A stretch of DNA of 64,000 nt from the human T2T-CHM13v2.0 reference genome, Homo sapiens. Location of the stretch: NCBI RefSeq assembly GCF_009914755.1, contig NC_060930.1, one strand, 5' to 3'. A program made the translations under genes and the position numbers. Below the pieces are notes generated by a model. The model saw only the letters and a program-made list of their open reading frames with translations, did no database searches and had not been told where the DNA came from. Below are positions 57,895 through 64,000 of the stretch, piece after piece (position 1 is the stretch's first letter; each line of letters starts with the position of its first letter).

Positions 57895-59388
57895 TGAGAG
57901 GTGACAGCGTGCTCACCTCTGAGGGCTGTGCTCTGAGGGCAGTCCTCAGAGCCCTCGCTCGCTTTCGGCGCCTCCTCTGCCTGGGCTCCCACTTTGGAGG
58001 CACTTGAGGAGCCCTTCAGCCCACCGCTGCGCTGTGGGAGCCCCTTTCTGGGCTGGCCAAGGCCGGAGCCCACTCCCTCAGCTTGCAGGGAGGTGTGGAG
58101 GGAGAGGCGCGAGCGGGAACCAGGGCTGTGCGCGGCGCTTGCGGGCCAGCTGGAGTTCCGGGTGGGCATGGGCTTGGCGGGCCCCGCACTCAGAGCAGCC
58201 GGCGAGCCCTTGCTGGCCCTGGGCAATGAGGAACTTAGCACCCGGGCCAGCAGCTGTGGAGGGTGTACTGGGTCCCCCAGCAGTGCCAGCCCACCGGCGC
58301 TGCGCTCGATTTCTCACCAGGCCTTAGCTGCCTTCCCGCGGGGCAGAGCTCAGGACCTGCAGCCCGCCATGCCTGAGCCTCCCAACCCCTCCATGGATGG
58401 GCTCCTGTGCGGCCGGAGCCTCCCCAACGAGCGCCACCCCCTGCTCCACGGCGCCCAGTCCCATCAACCACGCAAGGGCTGAGGCGTGTAGGTGCACGGC
58501 ACTGGGGCTGAGGCGTGTAGGTGCACGGCACTGGGACTGGCAGGCAGCTCCACCTGCAGCCCAGGTGCGGGATCCACTGGGTGAAGCCAGCTGGGCTCCT
58601 GAGTCTGGTGGGGACGTGGAGAACCTTTATGTCTAGCTCAAGGATTGTAAATACACCAATCGGCACTCTGTATCTAGCTCAAGGTTTGTAAACACACCAA
58701 TCAGCACCCTGTGTCTAGCTCAGGGTTTGTGAGTGCACCAATCGACACTCTGTATCTAGCTGCTCTGGTGGGGCCCTGGAGAACCTTTGTGTTGATACTC
58801 TGTATCTAACTAATCTGATGGGGACATGGAGAACCTTTGTATCTAGCTCAGGGATTGTAAATGCACCAATCAGCGCCCTGTCAAAACAGGCCACTGGGCT
58901 CTACCAATCAGCAGGATGTGGGTGGGGCCAGATAAGAGAATAAAAGCAGGCTGCTCAAGCCAGCAGTGGCAACCTGCTCGGGTCCCCTTGCACACTGTGG
59001 AAGCTTTGTTCTTTTGCTTTGCTCTTTGCAATAAATCTTGCTGCTGTTCACTCTTTGGGACCACACTTCTTTTATGAGCTGTAACACTCACTGTGACAGT
59101 CTGCAGCTTCACTCCTGAAGCTAGCAAGACCATGAGCCTACTGGGAGAAACGAACAACTCCGGACGCAGTGCCTTAAGAGCTGTAACACTCATCGCAAAG
59201 GTCTGCCGTTTCACTCCTGAGCCAACAAGACCGCAAACTTACCAGAAGGAAGAAACTCTGAACACATCCGAACATCAGAAGAAACAAACTGCAGACGCGC
59301 AACCTAAAGAGCTGTAACACTCACCGCTAGGGTCCGCGGCTTCATTTTTGAAGTCAGTGAGACCAAGAACCCACCAATTGCGGAAACA
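57895..59388 (+). mobile_element. LTR12C (ERV9) solo LTR
   Basis: tgagaggtgacagcgtgct...ccaccaattgcggaaaca; perfect 4-bp TSD tcag; CpG-rich U3 and tandem CCAAT repeats. Confidence 0.95.
58640..58950 (+). promoter_or_regulatory. LTR12C enhancer/promoter core
   Basis: CCAAT at 58656, 58697, 58738, 58866 and 58904; GATAAG at 58931; AATAAA TATA-like box at 58939. Confidence 0.7.
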
Positions 59389-60998
59389 TCAGCTCTCCTC
59401 AACCTTAGAGGAGTGCACCAGGAAGAAGCTGCCTTCAGAAAATAAAATGGAAGGCTGCTGGAGGAGTGGGGGAGGGGGGAACAGACTTTCCCTGGGAAAT
59501 ACGGAGGAGATTTTCTAAAGGCTTAAAGCAGCCCTGCGTGGGCACTGGTAATCTGGAAAGCTAAAGAGAAGTTAATTTAAAAGGTGGCCAGTCAGCTGCA
59601 AGCCCTAGCAGAAGAAGTCTGTGCTCAACTGAACCAACAGCACTCATTGGCCCGGCAGCCAGTTGCTGGGGTGAGCCTCATTCATTGATGGAACTGGTAA
59701 AAAGCCATGGTAAAAGCTACATGTAATCATGATTGCAGGGAAAAAATGATAAGCTAGTCCCAAAGCTCATTCATTCTCAGTCTTATTGTTCCAGTTTAGG
59801 ATTCAGCAAGGAGGAATAGCTAAAACCATTTAATCGTTCCTTCAGAATGAGAGCCTGTGTTCTTCGAATTTACTCTGCCATACACAAGCAGTATTTGTGT
59901 AAACAGCAGCTTACTGGTCTTGCATATACCCAGATCTAAAGAAAGTGAATGACTGTATTGAATTTTTTTTTTCTTGTTTGTTGCTTCATTACATGAAGTT
60001 TGGATCAAAGCCTACATTTAATATAAATAAAAGTTGATCTGCTAAAATATTATGAAAAAGATCATTAAATCCCAAGAAAGTAGCTATTTCTAGAACCTAA
60101 AATTTTCTGTTTTTCTGATAGACTGCCAGCAGCTCTTTGTTTGGATTAGAATTAAGTGTCTGCCAAATTGGAAACTGTAAAACTCAATCTCAAAAGATTT
60201 TTTTTTTTTTTTTGGTAAATGTAATGGAAGACTAAGCAGCTCTCCTCAAAAATTCACCCCAGTAAACAAATGAGTATTTTCTACATAAAAATTCTGTGAA
60301 TTTATAAGCCAGCTACTCCCACAAAATTGTGGGGGAAGGAGGAACAGAAGAAAGGTCCAATACAACCTTATTTTCTGGAGGCAATTCCAAGGGTTCCTGG
60401 AGTTCTAGAATAAGGTGCCTTGGGGAGGAGTAAAATTAGAGGTGATTGAGTTGTTACAGGGCTCCAGCCTAGAGCATGACAATCAGCCCAGCATACCTAA
60501 ATGCACCTTGAATCCAAATGAAGACCAGACCATCACTGCTGCCCTCCATGCTCCATGCTCTGGTGCTCAGGAATCAGGGAGATTTCCATGGTCACGGAGA
60601 GCTGGCCATGTGTCAGGCCTTTGCTAAGCACTTTCCCAAATACTAATTTATTCTCAAGAGCTGAAGGAGGCAGGTCATAGTATCCCATTTTTGTAGATGA
60701 GTAAGCCCCAGTATAGCGGATAAGGGTTTATCCCTCTTCAACCATGCGGTATAAAGTAAATCTCCAGTCATTCTTGGTTCCACTGTCCTGTTTGATTTCC
60801 TTCATTACATCTATCTCTACCTGGAATGATTTTGTCTATTTGTTTGCTTCTTTGTTCCCAGATTATGCTTAATAAATATGTATGGAGTGAATTAACGAAT
60901 TTACCCAAGCCCCCACAATTGTTGGTGCCAGAGTAGAATTTGAACTCAGCTCTATCTGATTCCAAAGATAACTACATGCTTAAAGATTGTTTTATTTA

Positions 60999-61285
<287 letters not shown>

Positions 61286-61299
61286 TTATTTAAAAAGAG

Positions 61300-61510
61300 C
61301 TACATAGATACTAATGAAATGACATGATGTCTGAGGTATGCTTCAATATATGTGGGGGTGGGGGAGTGTGTACATGAAACAAAACTGACCATACGTTGAT
61401 AGTTGTTGAAGCCAAGTGATAGGTACAAGCAGGTTTATTGCACTATATTCTCTCTTTTTTGTATGTGCTTGGAATTTTCCATAGTAAAAGTTAAATTTAA
61501 AAAATAAACA
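61300..61510 (+). mobile_element. L1M 3'UTR fragment
   Basis: atgatgtctgaggtatgcttcaa...ttgatagttgttgaagc...ttttccatagtaaaag; related fragment at ~44470-44680. Confidence 0.65.
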
Positions 61511-62343
61511 GAACTTCAATACATTTTTAATTTCTGTCCTTTCCTCTCCTGCTACAATCTTTGTTATTGACAGTTTAAGTTCCATTCTCCTTCTCATGCT
61601 GTGGTATCTAAACAATTTCTATTCCCCTTCCTGCCTTTTCTTCTCCATTTCTCTGACTTATGTACAGTAGACAAAACTTTTATTTCTCCCTGAGCACTTC
61701 TACATGTAAAATATTGCCACATTCTCAATTCTATCTATTAACCAAAAAGCAGGAATTTAATTCCAAAACTGTTTATGTGCAAATCAGTGAGTTTATGTAC
61801 AAGTTTAATATATTTAATGATTTTAAGGAAAATTTAAAATTCATGTATGCAAACAAATTGCAACACAGTATGCATCTGACTCATTGTTATTTAAACTCTT
61901 AAACATAACTTACATCATTATTCACTAAATGTTCTCCTGAGGTAAGCAAGCAAGCAGTAACACCTATTCAAGGCAATTGCAGGAAATAAGACTGGATTTA
62001 AACACCAAATAGGAGAGAAATTTATTGTTTTTGCTTTCACTCTTCTGATTTCTACCATCTTTCCAGCATTGTTGCAGGGGCAAGTGCCATTGATTTCTCA
62101 ATGTATTTCCATTCTCTGATTCATCCTTGTCACCTGAACCCAAATGATGTTGGAACAGCAATGTGCCCAGCCCCAGATGAGATGTTCACTCTCTCACTCT
62201 CTCTTACCTCTAAGGATAGCTTTGTAAAATCATCTGGCTAATAAAATATACATGAAAGCTCACTTGAGCTCCGGAAAACCTTTAACACTTGCTCATGAAA
62301 GGAGACAGGAGTAGTTAGCATATCTCTCCACTACCACCCCCTA

Positions 62344-62345
<2 letters not shown>

Positions 62346-62383
<38 letters not shown>
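62346..62383. repeat. (CA)n microsatellite
   Basis: Direct dinucleotide run. Confidence 0.95.
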
Positions 62384-62384
<1 letters not shown>

Positions 62385-62385
<1 letters not shown>

Positions 62386-62630
62386 ACTTTTCTTCCCATC
62401 TTGAATGTAGTTGTGATGACTGGAGCTACAGCAACCATCTTGCAGCCATGAAAATGGAATCAAACAAACACGGGATGACAGAGTGGAAGAAGGCAAGAAG
62501 CCTGGGCATCTAGTGGCATTGCAGGATGCCATTGAATCAATGCAAGCAGCCATTTACTTCTAGACATCTGTTTATATTCTTTAAATCAGGCCCTTTCAAT
62601 ACCTGCAATCAAATACATTCCTAACTGATA
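62385..62630 (+). mobile_element. Old MLT1 (J/K-like) LTR fragment
   Basis: gtgatgactggagctacagcaaccatcttgcagccatga...cattcctaactgata. Confidence 0.6.
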
Positions 62631-64000
62631 TCATAATTTTTGCTGAAAACATTTACCTGCAGATTAATATTGATAAATTTAACAGAAAATCAGATTTGAA
62701 GATAAGGAGAGATGCTAAAGTGGATGGACCTTACACACATACATGCATAGATTTGTTCAGCTTGTGAAATTTACCCTGTGGCTTCAGGCAATTTTCCTGA
62801 GGTTCTGTTGGGTGTTTAAAAACATACAAGTCTCCATTTACTCAAAAGACTGTTTCATTCAGTAAAATGGGTACTAATCTAAACAGTGGAGGACACAAGG
62901 CATTCTATATTTTGCTATAAATAAAATTACACATTGTTAAATAAAATATATGCAAAATACATTCATTATCTGCTCCTTCCCTCATGGTATACCTCATCAG
63001 TTTCATGACCTCCCCCTACCCCCAGTTACCATTCCTTTTTCAGCTTGTCTTTTCTCTTCTCACCCTGATTGCCACCCACTAACACTTGATCTTCAATTTC
63101 TAATTCCTTCTCCCCAGAAATAATTGCTGGACTTTACACCCATCCTGTATCAGTTATTAGACCCTTTCCTTTGCTCAGTATTTACTGAGCACCTACTATG
63201 TGCTACCATATGAAGGGTGGGGTGCTGGCAGTGCACCAGTGAGGCCCCCTGTCTGGTAAATCTGATGCTGTAGAACCTCACAAATTCTCTCTTAAATGAT
63301 ATCTCAGGGTAGCTATTTATGCATTGAATTTTATACTTATGTGGCTGAAACTAATGTATATGAAGAAATCACAATGTTTTTAATGTTTCAAAACTTGACA
63401 TTCCAGACTTGCTACTGCAAGGAAATAATTGGCAAGTGACCTTTAGATGCTTTAATTGGGTGACAAGCTTACTTGGATGATAATTCAAATGGTTCTGCAT
63501 GTTTAATATGCGCTAAAAAGAAAAAGGTATGTTTGAGTATTTGAGATTCTTTCAGAAGGTATCAGCAGCTTACAAAATACTAGGTCTGAGCAATATAGAC
63601 AAACACACGTATACACACATATATACACGTGTTTGAAAAATTATAGAATCTTAAACTTAATTCAAGCTTAGATATTAAAGTCCAATTCTATTCTTTGACA
63701 TAGCAGAAAACTAAATCCCAAAAAGGTTCAGTGATTTAGTTAAGATTATAAAGCTAGCAAATGTGTTAGGTTCAATTATTTCACTCATAGAGGAGGTTTA
63801 CTATATAGGAGTCATCAAATCATGACTGAAAATGGACTCTCTGGCACTCCTGGGAAGAGAGAACTTTAGAGAAAGAAAATAGAACTCAGTCTGTTATTGA
63901 GGTAGAGGGGCCGTTGCAGTAGTTGGTTGGAACCATGGAAGAATGAAGATGGGCAGAGCTGTCCATCTTCTGTTTAGTTTTTGAAAGATAAACATATAGA

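Noticed and set aside
57891-58666. Overlapping GC-rich ORFs and a CpG-island-like region
   Set aside because: Entirely within the LTR12C U3; GC-richness suppresses stop codons
58620-58910. Regularly spaced ~41-bp repeats resembling an array
   Set aside because: Known LTR12 tandem enhancer repeats with no unique spacers; eukaryotic DNA, not CRISPR

Overview
This is AT-rich, gene-poor primate (most likely human) genomic DNA, either intergenic or intronic. I can support no intact host protein-coding gene, RNA gene or CRISPR array. Most ORFs in the track are shadows of Alu, L1 or LTR sequence, or chance ORFs. Clear elements are: a full-length processed RPL7A pseudogene with target-site duplication (TSD) at 4801-5684; about 19 Alu/FLAM elements; ancient L1M and younger L1PA pieces; MaLR/ERV LTRs; DNA-transposon MITEs; and a solo LTR12C at 57895-59388. 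The most notable structure is a degraded two-LTR class III (ERVL-like, LTR40-type) provirus at about 13599-23985. It keeps RNase H and integrase remnants plus a gamma-type env TM remnant (ISD-like segment, CX6CC, membrane anchor). It is split by an L1M that hosts a 1.3-kb internally deleted L1PA with both ends, TSDs and an open antisense ORF0. Several local templated-copy and fold-back scars, plus a few candidate exons and regulatory patches, are also visible. Repeat family names come from recalled consensus sequences and need RepeatMasker/Dfam confirmation. I found no convincing evidence of a new functional biological system; the findings are mostly genome-archaeology candidates.
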